DNA of 63,453 nucleotides, the filler included, from Chiloscyllium plagiosum (taxonomy: Eukaryota): the NCBI RefSeq assembly GCF_004010195.1. It is 5 parts of one record of this genome, joined end to end, with 100 filler letters (N's around TTAATTAATTAA, not from the genome) between each part and the next. Parts side by side here need not be neighbours in the genome. Positions count along the whole stretch, not along the records: positions 29,195 to 40,476 come from NC_057714.1; positions 40,577 to 50,580 come from NC_057714.1; positions 50,681 to 57,624 come from NC_057714.1; 2 more parts are not named here. One strand, 5' to 3'. The number at the start of each line of letters is the position of its first letter. The first letter of the stretch is position 1. Below are positions 39,060 to 53,569 of this stretch, piece by piece. Made by a program: the position numbers and the translations under genes. The notes beneath the pieces were generated by a model. It searched no databases, was not told where the DNA came from, and saw nothing but the letters and a program-made list of their open reading frames with translations.

Positions 39060-39600
39060 TAACTATCCCTTGGGGGTATTCAATGGAGACTATAAGAGGA
39101 CATGTCAGGAACCGAACCAGGTGTACCGAAACATGAGGTGTCAACCTGGTGAAGCTACCAGACTTGCGTGTCAAACAGCATAAGCAACAAGTGATAGACA
39201 GAACTAAGTGATCCAACAACCAAGGGATCAGATCTAAACTCTGCAGTCCTGCCACAGCCAGTTGTGAATGCTGGTGGACAATTAAACAACACATTGGAGG
39301 AGGAGGCTTCAAAAATACCCCCATCCTCAATGATGGAGGAGCCCAGCACATTAATGCAGAAGATAAGGCTGAAGCTTTCACAGCAATCTTCAGCCAGAAG
39401 TACCAAGAGGATGATCCACCTCAGCCTCCTGCAGTGGTCCCCAGCGTCACAGATACCAGTCTCCAGCTAATTCAATTCACTCCACGTGATATCAGGAAAT
39501 GGTTGGAGTCACTAGATACTGCAAATCTATGGGCCCTGATAACATTCTGACAATAATACTGAAGACTTGTGCTCCAGAACCTGCCACTCCCCTGCACCTA
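39060..39600 (+). mobile_element. Old CR1/L2-clade LINE fragment (a related, longer copy lies at 40930-42090 on the minus strand)
   Basis: Degenerate ORF2 tether region (IQFTPRDI.KWLE.LDTA..MGPDNI). Confidence 0.7.
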
Positions 39601-42504
39601 TTGTCTATTGTATAGACCATAAGAACCAGGACCATAAGAACCAGAATGGTGGTGCAAGCTCGAAGGGCAGAATGGCCATAAGCACCAGGAGTAGAATGAG
39701 ACCTTTCAGCCCATTGAGTCTGCACTACCATTCAATGGGATCAACTCTACCTTCCTGCGTTTTCCTCATAACCTTCAATATCCTGGCTGATTAAAGATCT
39801 GTCTCTCTCAGCCTTGACTACAAAACAAGCCAGCCTCAACAGGACTCTGGGGTAAAGAATTCCACATATTCACTCCCTCTGAGATTATCTCTTATTCTGA
39901 GATTATGTCATTTAGCCACAGACTCTCCCACAAGGCAAAATAACCTCTCAGCAAAATAACCTCTCAGCAAAATAACCTCTCAGCAAAATAACCTCTCAGC
40001 ATTTACCCTGTCACACCCCTGAAGAACCTTGTATCTTCCAATAAGGTCTCCTCTCATTCTTCTAAACTCCACTGAGTATCAGCTTAATTTACTCAATCTC
40101 TGCTCATAGAACATAGGACATTACAGCGCAGTACAGGCCCTTCGGCCCTCGATGTTGCGCCGCCCTGTCATACCAATCTGAAGCCCATCTCACCTACACT
40201 ATTCCATGTACGTCCATATGCCTGTCCAGTGACGACTTAAATGTACTTAAAGTTGGCGAATCTACTACCGTTGCAGGTAAAGCATTCCATACCCTTACTA
40301 CTCTCTGAGTAAAGAAACTACCTCTGACATCTGTCCTATATCTATCTCCCCTCAATTTAAAGGTATGCCCCCTCGTGCTCACTGTCACCATACTTGGAAA
40401 AAGCCTCTCCCTGTCCACCCTATCTAACCCTCTGATTATCTTATATGTCTCTATTAAGTCACCTCTCAACCTTCTCNNNNNNNNNNNNNNNNNNNNNNNN
40501 NNNNNNNNNNNNNNNNNNNNTTAATTAATTAANNNNNNNNNNNNNNNNNNNNNNNNNNNNNNNNNNNNNNNNNNNNGCTGACTGAGAGGGTGGTGGATAT
40601 ATGGTCCGTGCTGACTGAGAGGGCGGTGGAGGCAGGTACTCTCACAACATTGAAGAACTATCTGGATGAGAGTTTAACATGCCAGGGTGTAGTAGACTCT
40701 GGACCAAGTGCAGGTAAATGGGATTAGTGTTGGTTGGTGTTTGTTGGTTAGCACAGACATGGTGGGCTGGAGGCTCTGTTTCCATGCTGTATGACTCTAT
40801 GACATTATCCTGACAAAGTCCTGCAGTGAATAACCCAAGTCTAAAATGACTGACTTCCAACAATCAGAAACATCTTCCTATATGCCCGGTATGATGCCCA
40901 CCAGCAGAGAATTTGCCTGCTGATAGCTACTGATTCCAGTTTGATGCCACATTCAGTTGAATGGACCCTAGATGCAAGGGTTCTCCCCTCTCCTCAGGAA
41001 TCCAGCTCTTTTGTCCATGTTTGAACCAAGTGTAATAAGGAGCTGAGTGACCCTGGCAGAACCCAAACTGGGCGTCGCTGAGCAGGTGCTGCTTGATAGC
41101 TCTGTGGATGGCACCTTCCATCCCTTTACTGATGATTGAGAATGAGACCAATGGGGCAATAATGGGATGGGTTGGATTTTTACTGCTTTTTGTGTACAGG
41201 ATAGAACTGGGTAATTTTCAATGTTGTCAGTTAGATGCCAGGGTTGTAACTGTCCTGGAACAGCTTGGCTAGGGGAGTGGCAAGTTCTGGAGCACAAGTA
41301 TTATTGCCAGAATGTTGTCAGGGCCCATAGACTCTGCAGTATCCAATGTCTCCAACCATTTCTTAATATCACGTGGAGTGAATTGAATTAGCTGGAGACT
41401 GGTGTCTGTGACGCTGGGGACCATTGCAGGAGGCTGAGATGGATCATCCACTCACACTTCTGGCTGGAGATTGCTGCAAATTCTTCAGCCTTATCCTTTG
41501 TCCTGGTGTGCTGGGCTCTTCCATCATTGACGATGGGGATATTGGTGGAGCTTCCTCTTCCAGTGAATTGTCCACTACCAACCATGATTGTATTTGTCAG
41601 GACTGCAGAGCTTAGATCTGATCCACTGTGTGGGATTCCTTAGCTCTGTCTATCACTTGCTGCCTGTGCTGTTTGATATGCAAGTAGTTCTATTTGGTAG
41701 CTTCACCAGGTTGACACCTCATCTTCAGGTACACCTGGTGCTGCTCCCAGCAGGCCCTCCTGCAGTCTCCACTGAACCAGGCTTGATGATAATGGGTGAG
41801 TGGGGGATATGCCGGGCCATGAGGTTACAGATTGTGCTGGAGTACAGTTCTCCTCCTGTTGATGGCCCACAGTGCCTCATGGATGCCCAGCCTGGAGTTG
41901 CTTGATCAGTTTGAAGTCTGACCCATTTAGCACGGTGATGGTGCCACACAACACGATGGAGGGTACTCTCAATGTGAAGGTGGGACTTTGTCTCCACAAG
42001 GACAGTGTGGTGGTCACTCTTACCGATACTGTCATGGACAGATGCATGTGTAATGAGCAGATTAGTGAGGATGAGGTCAAGTATGTTTCTTCTTTGTGTT
42101 TACATCCAGATCAATAATATATAACAAGAAAACAAAGAGCCCAATACCTCCTTCTGGGAACTCCACTGCAAATCTTCCACCAGCCCAAAAAATATCCATT
42201 GCCCATTACTGTTTCCTGTCACTCAGCCTTGTCTGTATCCACATTGCTACTGTCCATTTTATTTGTACAGTTAATGTCCAGTTAATAGTTAATAGGAGAG
42301 GAGTATGGTTGAAGTTATTAATGTTAGGGTAATTAAAGGGAGTTATATGCATTAAAGTATGGCAGGGCAGCTTGGCCAAGCAGAATGACCCAAGTGGAAT
42401 GGGACGGTGAAATGGAACCGGGCAACAGAGAGGGCAACATGGCCTCCTGGAACAGCCGATATGTGAGACAAAGGCTCTCATTCCACTGTACCCCCTGGTC
42501 TCTA

Positions 42505-42740
42505 CCTGGACCTCTCGCTCCACCTGTACCCTCTCGCTCCACCTGTGCCCTCTCGCTCCGCCTGTACCTGTCTCTGCCTGTGCCCTCTCGCTCCGCCTGT
42601 GCCCTCTCGCTCCACCTGTGCCCTCTCGCTCCACCTGTACCTGTCTCTGCCTGTGCCCTCTCGCTCCGCCTGTGCCCTCTACCTGTCTCTGCCTGTGCCC
42701 TCTCGCTCCGCCTGTGCCCTCTCGCTCCGCCTGTACCCAT
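42505..42740. repeat. ~19-bp pyrimidine-rich tandem repeat
   Basis: Unit approximately cctgtgccctctcgctcc(a/g). Confidence 0.8.
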
Positions 42741-42799
42741 CTTTGCTTGCATTCCCTTGCTCCTCCTGCACCTTCTCACTCCACCTGTATCTGCTACTC

Positions 42800-42986
42800 T
42801 CTCCCCACCCCCACCCTCCTCTAGCTTATCTCTCCACGCTTCAGGCTCACTGCCTTTATTCCTGATGAAGGGCTTTTGCCCGAAACGTCGATTTTGCTGC
42901 TCGTCGGATGCTGCCTGAATTGCTGTGCTCTTCCAGCACCACTGATCCAGAATCTGGTTTCCAGCATCTGCAGTCATTGTTTTTAT
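42800..42986 (+). mobile_element. PLE 3' terminus with intact hammerhead core
   Basis: CTGATGA-A-GGGC-TTTT-GCCC-GAAA-CGTC at 42862-42889. Confidence 0.85.
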
Positions 42987-43537
42987 CTCTTTAAACAAGG
43001 TCAGCTCCAATTTGTTAAATGCTGGCTTCATTCTGTGGTCACTGAACAGCTAACAGACATCCGACCTAAGAGGAAAACTGTACCTTACCTAAACTTATCG
43101 ACCAATTGATTGTAGAATCTGCTACTTCTACAACAGATTCTCCAGTGAGATTAAAACAGACATCCTTAAATGTGAGTATCAGTCTTAATTCAAAAATGTG
43201 TGCAGTAAACAGAAACAACCTCTACATAAATAAAACACTGCAACAGAAAACTAGAGGCTTGTGTGATTCACTTAACAACTGCTGTCTGAACTCACACACT
43301 GTTTACAGTTGTTAGACTTTGAAGCATTGAAGAGATCGATAAGTAACTGGCCTGAGGCCAGGTCAGGGCTTTGAGAACTGAGAACCCTGCCTGATTTTGA
43401 CTTGAACCGAAGAATACCATGTTCCAGTGACATGACCAAATCTTCTGTACTTACAAAATGGGACATCGTCTGACTGCACTAACCTGAAGACGCTTGTATC
43501 TAAAAAACAAATGCTACACATAGTAAATATCACCATA

Positions 43538-46500
43538 AACACGGTAACACACAGGCACACGGTAACACACAGGCACACGGCAACACACAGGCACGCGGTA
43601 ACACACAGACTCAAGGTAACACACTGGCACATGGTAACATGCAAGCACACGGTAACATGCAGACACACGGTAACACACAGGCACGCGGTAACACACAGGC
43701 ACACAGTAACACAGAGACATACGGTAACACACAGGCACGCGGCAACACAGGCACACGGCAACACACAGGCACACGGCAATACACATGCACACAGCAACAC
43801 ACAGGCACACGGCAACACACATGCACACAGTAACACACAGGCACACGGCAACACACAGGCACACGGCAACACGCAGGTGCACGGTAACACACAGGCACAC
43901 GGCAACACACAGGCACACGGTAACACACAGGCACACAGTAACAAACAGGCACAAGGCAACACACAGGCACACGGTAACACACGGCAACACACATGCACAC
44001 AGTAACACACAGGCACACGGCAACACACAGGCACACGGCAACACAAGGCACACGGTAACACAAAGCACACGGCAACACAGGCACACGGTAACACACAGGC
44101 ACAAAGTAACACACAGGCACACGGCAACACACAGACACAAAGTAACACACAGGCACACGGCAACACACAGGCACACAGTAACACACTGCACACGGCAACA
44201 CACAGGCACATGGCAACACAAAGGCACACGGTAACACTGGCACACGGCGACACACAGGCACACGGTAACACTGGCACACGGCAACACACAGGCACACGGC
44301 ATCACACAAGCACACGGTAACACATAGGCACACGGCAACACACATGCACACAGTAACACACAGGCAAATGGTAACACACAGGCACACGGCATCACAGGCA
44401 CACGGCAACACACCTGCACACAGTAACACACAGGCACACGGTAACACACAGGCACATGGCAACACACAGGCACACGGCAACACAAGCACATGGTAACACA
44501 CAGGCACACGGCAACACACAGGCACACGGCAACACACAGGCACATGGCAACACACAGGCACACGGTAACACACAGGCACACGGCAACACAAGCACATGGT
44601 AACACACAGGCACACGGCAACACACAGGCACACGGCAACACACATGCACACAGTAACACACAGGCACACAGCAATACACAGGCACATGACAACACACATG
44701 CACACAGTAACACACAGGCACACGGTAACACACAGGCACACGGCAACACAGGCACACGGTAACACACAGGCACACATGCACATGGTAACACACAGGCATG
44801 CAGCAACACAGAGGCACACGGCAACACACAGGCACACGGTAACACACAAACACATGGTAACACACAGGCACACGGCAACACACAGGCACACAGTAACACA
44901 CAGGCACACGGCAACACACAGGCACACGGCAACACACATGCGCACAGTAACACACAGGCACACGGTAACACACGGACACGGCAACACACATGCACACAGT
45001 AACACACAGACACAAGGTAACACACAGGCACACGGCAACATACAGGCACACGGCAACACACAGGCATATGGCATCACAGGCACACGGTAACACACAGGAA
45101 CACGGGTAACACACAGGCACATGGAAACACACAGGGGCACGGCAACACACAGGCGCACGGCAACACACAGGCACACGGTAACACACAGGCACACAGTAAC
45201 ATACAGGCACACGGTAACATACAGGCACATGGCAACACACAGGCACGCAGCAACACATGCACATGACAATATACAGGCACACGGTAACATACAGGAACAC
45301 GGTAACACACAGGCACACGGCAACACACAGGCACACGGTAACACAGGCACATGGCAACACACATGCACACGGTAACACACAGGCACACGGCTACACACAG
45401 GCACACGGTAACACACAGGCACACGGTAACAAACTGGCACACGGTAACACACATGCACATGGTAACACACAAGCACATGGCAACACACAGGCACACGGTA
45501 ACACACATGCACCTGGTAACAGACAGGAACACGGTAACACACAGGCACACGGCAACACACAGGAACACGGTAACGCACAGACACACGGCCACACACAGGC
45601 ACACGGTAACACACAGGCACACGGTAACAAACTGGCACACGGTAACACACATGCACATGGTAACACACAAGCACATGGCAACACACAGGCACACGGTAAC
45701 ACACATGCACCTGGTAACACACAGGCACATGGCAACACACAGGCACACGGTAACACACAGGCACACGGCAACACACACGCACACGGTAACACACAGGCAC
45801 ATGGTAACAAACAGGCACAAGGCAACACACAGGCACACGGCAACACACAGACACACGGTAGCACATGGTAACAAGCAGGAACACGGTAACAAACTGGCAC
45901 ACGGTAACACACATGCACATGGTAACACACAAGCACATGGCAACACACAGGCACACGGTAACACACATGCACCTGGTAACACACAGGCACATGGCAACAC
46001 ACAGACACATGGTAACAAACAGGCACAAGGCAACACACAGGCACACGGCAACACACAGACACACATTAACATACAGACATATGGTAACACACAGGCACAC
46101 AGGAACATACAGACACACATTAACATATACATGGTAACATACACACAGTAACACACAGGCACATGGTAATACACAGGCACATGGTAACATACACTCAGTA
46201 ACACATAGGCACACAGTAACACACAGGCACATGGTAACATACACACAGTATCACACAGGCACACAGTAACACACAGGCACACGGTAACACACAGGCACAT
46301 GGTAACATACACTCAGTAACACAGGCACACGGTAACACACAGGCACATGGCAACATACACACAGGCACAGGGTAACACACTGGCACATGGTAACATACAC
46401 ACAGTAACACACAGGCACACAGTAACACACAGGCACACAGTAACACACAGGCACATGGTAACATACACACAGTAACACACAGTAACACAGGCGCACGGTA

Positions 46501-49500
46501 ACACACAGGCACATGGTAACATACACATAGCAACACACAGGCACACAGTAACATACACAGTATCACATAGGCACACAGTAACACAGGCACACGGTAACAC
46601 ACAGGCACATGGTAACATACACACAATATCACACAGGCTCACAGTAACACACAGGCATATAGTAACACACAGGCATATGGCAACATACACACAGTAACAC
46701 ACAGTAACACACAGGCACACAGCAACATACACACAGGCACATTGTAACACATAGGCACACGGTAACACACAGGCACTTGGTAACATACACACAGTATCTC
46801 ACAGTCACATAGTAACACACAGGCACATGGCAACAAACACACAGTAACACACAGGCACACGGCAACATACACATAGACACATGGTAACACACAGACACAC
46901 GGTAACACACAGGCACATGGTAACATACACATAGTAACACACAGGCACTTGGTAACATACACACAGTAACACACAGCCACACAGTAACACACAGGCATAT
47001 GGTAACACACAGGCACGTGGTAACATACACACAGTAACACACAGGCACACGGTAACACAGACACACGGTAACACACAGGCACATGGTAACATACACACAG
47101 TAACACACAGGCACATGGTAACACAGGCACACGGTAACACACAGGCACATGGTAACGTACGCTCAGTAACACACAGGCACACAGTAACATACACACAGTA
47201 ATACACAGGCACACGGCAACACACAGGCACATGGTAACATACACACAGTATCACACAGGCACACAGTAACATACACTCAGTAACACAGGCACACAGTAAC
47301 ACACAGGCACACGGTACCACACAGGCACACGGTAACACACAGGCACATGGTAACATACACAGTATCACACAGTCACACAGTAACACACAGGCATACGGTA
47401 ACACACAGGCACATGGTAACATACACACAGTATCACACGGGCACATGGTAACATACACACAGTATCACATAGGCACACAGTAACACACAGGCACATGGCA
47501 ACATACAGACAGTAACACACAGGCACACAGTAACACAGGCAAACGGCAACATACAGACACACATTAACACATAGGCACATGGTAACACAGACACATGGCA
47601 ACATACAGACACACAGTAACATACAGACACATGGTAACGCCTAGGCACATGGCAACATACAGACACACATTAACATACAGACATATGGTAACACACAGGC
47701 ACACAGCAACATACAGACACACATCAGCATCCAGACACACATTAACATACAGGTACATGGTAACATACACTCAGTAACACACAGGCACACGGTAACATAC
47801 AGGCACATGGTAACATACACACAGTATCACAGGCACAGGGTAACACACAGGCACATGGTAATATACACACAGAATCACACAGGCACATAGTAACACACAG
47901 GCACATGGCAACATACACACAGTAACACAAAGGCACACGGCAACATACACACAGTAACACACAGGCACATGGTAACACACAGGCACACAGTAACACACGG
48001 GCACATGGTAACATACACACAGTAACACACAGGCACACAGTAACACACAGGCACACGGTAACACACAGACACACGGTAACATTCACACAGTAACACACAG
48101 GCACACAGTAACATGGCAACATACAGACAGTAACACACAGGCACATGGTAACACACACAGTAACATACAGGCACACGGTAACACACAGGCACATGGTAAC
48201 ACACACACAGTATCACACAGGCACACAGTAACACACAGGCACATGGTAACACACAGGCACATGGTAACCTCCACACAGTAACACACAGGCACACGGTAAC
48301 ACACAGGCAAACAGTAATACACAGGCACACGGCAACATGCAGTCAGTAACACACAGGCACACAGTAACATACACACAGTAATACACAGACATACGGTAAG
48401 ACACAGTCACACGGTAACATACACACAGTAATACACATGCACATGGTAACATACACACAGTATCACACAGGCACACATTAACATACACACAGTAACACAC
48501 AGGCACACGGTAACACACAGGCACATGGTAAGATATACACAGTAACACACTGGCACATGGTAACGTACCCTCAGTAACACACAGGGACAAAGTAACACAC
48601 AGGCACACAGTAATACACAGGTACACGGTAACACACACAGTAACACACAGGCACATGGTAATATACACACAGTATCACACTGGCACACGGTAACATACAC
48701 ACAGTATCACACAGGCAAATGGTAACATACACACAGTAAGACACAGGCACACGGTAACACACAGGCACATGGTAACACACAGGCACATAGTAACATATAC
48801 ACAGTAACACACAGGCACACGGTAATACAGAGGCACATGGTAACATACACACAGTAACACACAGGCACATGGTAACACACAGGCACATGGCAACATACAC
48901 ACCGTAACACACAGGCACACAGTAACACACAGGCACACAGCAACATACAGACAGTAACACACAGGCACACAGTAACATACAGGTACATGGTAAGACACAG
49001 GCACACGGTAACACACAGGCACTTGGTAACATACACACAGTAACACACAGGCACATGGTAACATACACACAGTATCACACAGGCACACAGTAACACACAG
49101 GCACACGGTAACACACAGGCACATGGTAACATACACACAGTAACACACAGGCACATGGTAACGCACAGGCAAACGGTAACACACAGGCACATGGTAAAAT
49201 ACACACAGTAACACACAGGCACATGGTAACGTACACTCAGTAACACATGCACACAGTAACACACAGGCACACAGTAACACACAGGCACACGGTAACATAC
49301 ACACAGTAATACACAGGAACATGGTAACATACACACAGTATCACACAGGCACCCGGTAACATACATGCAGTAACACACAGGCACATGGAAACATACACTC
49401 AGTAACACACAGGCACACAGTATCACACAGGCACATGGTAACATACACGCAGTAAAACACAGGCAAATGGAAACATACATTCAGTAACACACAGGCACGC

Positions 49501-49590
49501 AGTATCCCACAGGCACATGGTAACATACACACAGTATCACACAGGCACACGTTAACATATACACAGTAACACACAGGCACACAGTAACAC
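43538..49590. repeat. ~6-kb CA-rich satellite with a degenerate 14-18-bp unit
   Basis: Units such as ggtaacacacaggcacac, ggcaacacacaggcacac and ggtaacatacacacagta. The many overlapping Cys/Val and His/Thr ORFs here come from this repeat. Confidence 0.95.
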
Positions 49591-50981
49591 AATAACATAG
49601 AAGAATACAGCGCAGTACAGGCCCTTCGGCCCTCGATGTTGCGCCGATCCAAGCTCACCTAACCTACACTAGCCCACTATCCTCCATATGGGGTAAAAAC
49701 AATGACTGCAGATGCTGGAAACCAGATTCTGGATCAGTGGTGCTGGAAGAGCACAGCAATTCAGGCAGCATCCGAGGACAGGCAAAATCGACGTTTCGGG
49801 CAAAAGCCCTTCATCAGGAATAAAGGCAGAGAGCCTGAAGCATGGAGAGATAAGCTACCCTCTCAGGCAACATGTTCCATATTTGACCCATCCCCTGGGT
49901 AATTTGCTTTTCCATCAGATCCTCGCGAAATGCTTCATTTTTCACTTTAACCTTAATTCAATTGGTCTAAGACATGCCTACATCGCGGAAGTATTTATCA
50001 CAATCGGCCCAGTCTATATCACTCACCATTATGTCTGCATCAATTGCCCCCTTAGCCTCTTCTGCTCCACAGACCCCAAACAAAAGTTAACTTTTTGCTG
50101 AGACCTCTCACTTCAGGGAACATCCCGTGAAACCTCTCTGCAATCTCTGCAGTGCAATTGTTCCCTGCCGATTTTGTAGCGATTGGACCCGCGCAGACTG
50201 TGGACTAACCATATCTTTCTTTAGAGTCTGCAACAATACTTCCTTCCTCCTATATTCCACCCTGTGGCTGATGATTATGCTTCCTTACGAACTTGCAGAT
50301 GCAAGGACTACTGGGTTTTCAGTTCAGTACAACAGTGAACCTTTCATCGTTTTAAGTAAAGGTCCTGCTGAGAGCCCTGTCATTGACGGTGCCAGGAATC
50401 TTCACTGCCAAAACAAAACTTTCCTGAGCATAACGCACCGCCTTTCCCCCGGTACCTCCCGCTATATGCCTCATCATTAGAGCAGATGCGATCGGGAGGT
50501 AAGCTAAGAGAATGGAAGAGAGTCCATTCAGGTAGGATACTGTGACGATGCATAATAAATGTAACAGTGGAAATTGAAAGNNNNNNNNNNNNNNNNNNNN
50601 NNNNNNNNNNNNNNNNNNNNNNNNTTAATTAATTAANNNNNNNNNNNNNNNNNNNNNNNNNNNNNNNNNNNNNNNNNNNNCCCCATCCCCACTCTTCCCC
50701 ATCTCCACTCTTCCCCCTCCCCCTCCCCACTCTTCCCCCACCTTCCCCTCCCCACTCTTCCCCCCCTCCCCCCCACTCTTCCTCCCCCTCCCCCTGGCAC
50801 TGGAGGATGGGAGAGGTGCTGTGAGGAAGGGGATGTGAAGAACGAAGGAGAACGAGAGGAGAGAATGCGTGTGGGTGTGACTGAGTGAGAAAGGAGTGAA
50901 GGAGGGAGTGGGCGAAAGAGTGCTGGAACCGAATCAGGCGCTGGTTAATATTTTCCTCATGTTGTGCCCATAAACCGCTTA

Positions 50982-51018
50982 ATGGCATCCAGATGTATTG
51001 TGCCCAGAAAGGAGAATG
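50982..51018 (+). CDS. Candidate short alternative first exon of the spectraplakin (MASRCIVPRKEN-D)
   Basis: ATG in unique sequence downstream of a purine-rich promoter-like stretch; ends in phase 1 at G|GTAATC, on the same strand as exon 59837. The donor is weak and no homologue is firmly recognised. Confidence 0.35.
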
Positions 51019-53569
51019 GTAATCAGATGTTTGTCTGCTTCCCACTCTCATTGCCCACTGAGTTGGATGGAATTTTCCACCTCCCAGCTAAACGATCGTT
51101 TCAGACTGAGCTCATTGGTTATATTTTATTTTGTTTTCAGACTGAAGATGGAGTGTTTGCTCTGAATATTTTTTGCAGTTCTCTGTAATGCTGTGTGCTG
51201 GTTTGGATTGGCAAAGACTGCAGAACGTGAGTCACTCAGAGAGGGAATGTGTGTGGTGGTTGTGGGTTGTGATTCTGAATTGGCTTTTGTAAAATTCTCT
51301 GCTGATTACATTTTTCTTCAAATAATTTACTCTCTTCCTTCAACATGATCCCACTTTGAACTATTTCCTTTTCTCCAAACCTTGCCTCAGTCGTTCACAA
51401 ACTCTTCAACCCTTTCAATCTCCTCATTACTCTCACATTCCTTCGTTGAATCCCTAATCATTTCCTGAAAATTTACTCATCAGACCTCATTAATCCAGAA
51501 TAGGATCCCCATCGCTCCCTCGTAACAGTCACAGAGATCTACTGCACAGAAAAAGACCCTTCAGCCCATCAAGTCCGCACCAATTAAAACTGTTTAACTG
51601 TTCTAATCCCATTTTCCAGCACTTGGCCAACAGTGTTGTTTGCTTTGGCATTGCAAGTATACATCTAAATGCTCTTAAATGTGATGGGGGTTTCTGCCTC
51701 TATGACCATTACAGGCGGTAAGTTCCAGATTCCCCCTGCCCTCTGGGTGAGAAAAGATTTTCCGCATATCCCCTGTAGACTGCCTGCTCCTTACCTGCAA
51801 TCTATGCCTCTTTAGTCATTCATTTCTCCATCAAGATGGAAAGGTTCCTGCCTGTCCTGTCTGACTTTCCTCATTCCTGAAGAAGGGCTCATGCTCGAAA
51901 CGTCGATTCTCCTGTTCCCTGGATGCTGCCTGACCTGCTGCGCTTTTCCAGCAACACATTTTCAGCTCTGATCTCCAGCATCTGCAGCCCTCACTTTTGC
52001 CCTGTCTGTGCCCCTTATCAGTTTAGACGTCTCAATCATGTCGCCTCAATCTCCTCTGCTCCAAAGAAATCAATCCCCTCTTTCCAATCTCTCCTCAATA
52101 CTGAAACTGTCCAGAGAGACAGTGAGGGCTGCAGATGCTGGAGATTAGAGTCGAAAAGTGTGTTGCTGGAAAAGCACAGCCGGTCACGCAGCATCCGAGG
52201 AGCAGGAGAGCCAATGTTTTGGGCATAAGCCCTTCATCCTGATGTCGACTCTCCTGCTCCTCAGATGCTGCCTGACCGGCTGTGCTTTTCCCACACTGAA
52301 ACTCTCCAGCCCAGGCAGCATCCTGGTGAATCTACTCTGCACCCTGTCCACTGGGTGCAATCACCTCCATCCTGGACTGTGGATTCAGAACTGCACACGT
52401 TGGCTGTTGCCTAACCAATATTTAATACGGTGCCTCCCTGCTCTGAAACTCCATCCTTCAGTTAATAATGACGACTATCCCATATGCCTCCTTCACCACT
52501 TTATCCATCTTCCTGTGATACCTTAAGGAGGATCCCTCTGACCCGTGGGGATTCCCAGGGTCCTACCTTTCATCACATACCCCCTTGCCTTGCTTGTCCT
52601 GCCCAAGTGCATCACATCACACTTATCCGTACTGAATTCGGTTTAACACTGATCAGCCCATGTTTTACTCAAACTGAACAAAAGCCAGGATGCATCAGGG
52701 CACAGTTAGCCCATTACGAGATGTAATCGGTAATCACTTGTCCGACTAGGCTCTGGTTCTTACGCATGAACTAAATCAGTCGGATGCTAGGACATGACCT
52801 TCATGTGAAATGAACAGAGATGCACTTTCGATATCAGTCAATATCGTGACATCTTGTTACAACTTTGATCACATGCAACAAAACAAACAGCCCTCGTAGA
52901 AACTCGTACTCTATATCCAAATATTATTTTACTTGATCATTGATCTGTGGGGGAGATGAAGTTACCAATAATTGTATGATAAGTATGCTGCTCTGGTCAT
53001 CAATTTAGCATTTGAATTAAAAGCTAACTAAATCAACCGAAAACAAAAAAACACAGATCTGCCCATCTATACCCTCCTGTAATCTAAGGCTCTCCTCCTT
53101 ACAATTTACTGCCCACCAATTTTTGTATCATCTACTCTCCTCCATTCAAGTCTAAGTCATTTATGTAAACCACAAACAAACACCCAGGGCCCCAGCACTG
53201 ATCGCTGCAGAACCCCTCTGACACTCAGACACTGAAGCAGTCCATGTCCAAATGCAACTAGATCTGATCCGGGCTTGCGCTGAAGTGCACAATTGACAGG
53301 CAGTTACTATCTCCAATAAGAGACAATCTAACCACTTCCCCGTGACAATGAATGCTGTTACCATCACTGAATTCCCCTATATGAACATCCTGGTGGTTCC
53401 CATTGACCAGAAACTGAACTGGACTCATCACATAAACACATAACCATCACCAGGAGATCACCCATGTTTTTCAACTGATTAATTTGTGTGCATCGCCCAT
53501 TGAAGGCAATACAGACCATCAAAGGTGAGGGCGAAAACCAGTTTAGATAATTTTAATCAATCAATAATT

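Noticed and set aside
43272..43500. Minus-strand exon-like unique stretch beside the satellite
   Set aside because: Splice-like sites are present but no recognisable protein appears in any frame.
43363..49658. Long Cys/Val-rich and His/Thr-rich ORFs (up to 877 aa)
   Set aside because: They are translations of a simple satellite, open in several frames on both strands, with no gene structure.
51141..51226. AG...GT-bounded 86-nt exon candidate
   Set aside because: No ATG-initiated frame is compatible with the phase of the 59837 exon, and joining from 51018 gives an immediate stop. At most it is non-coding.
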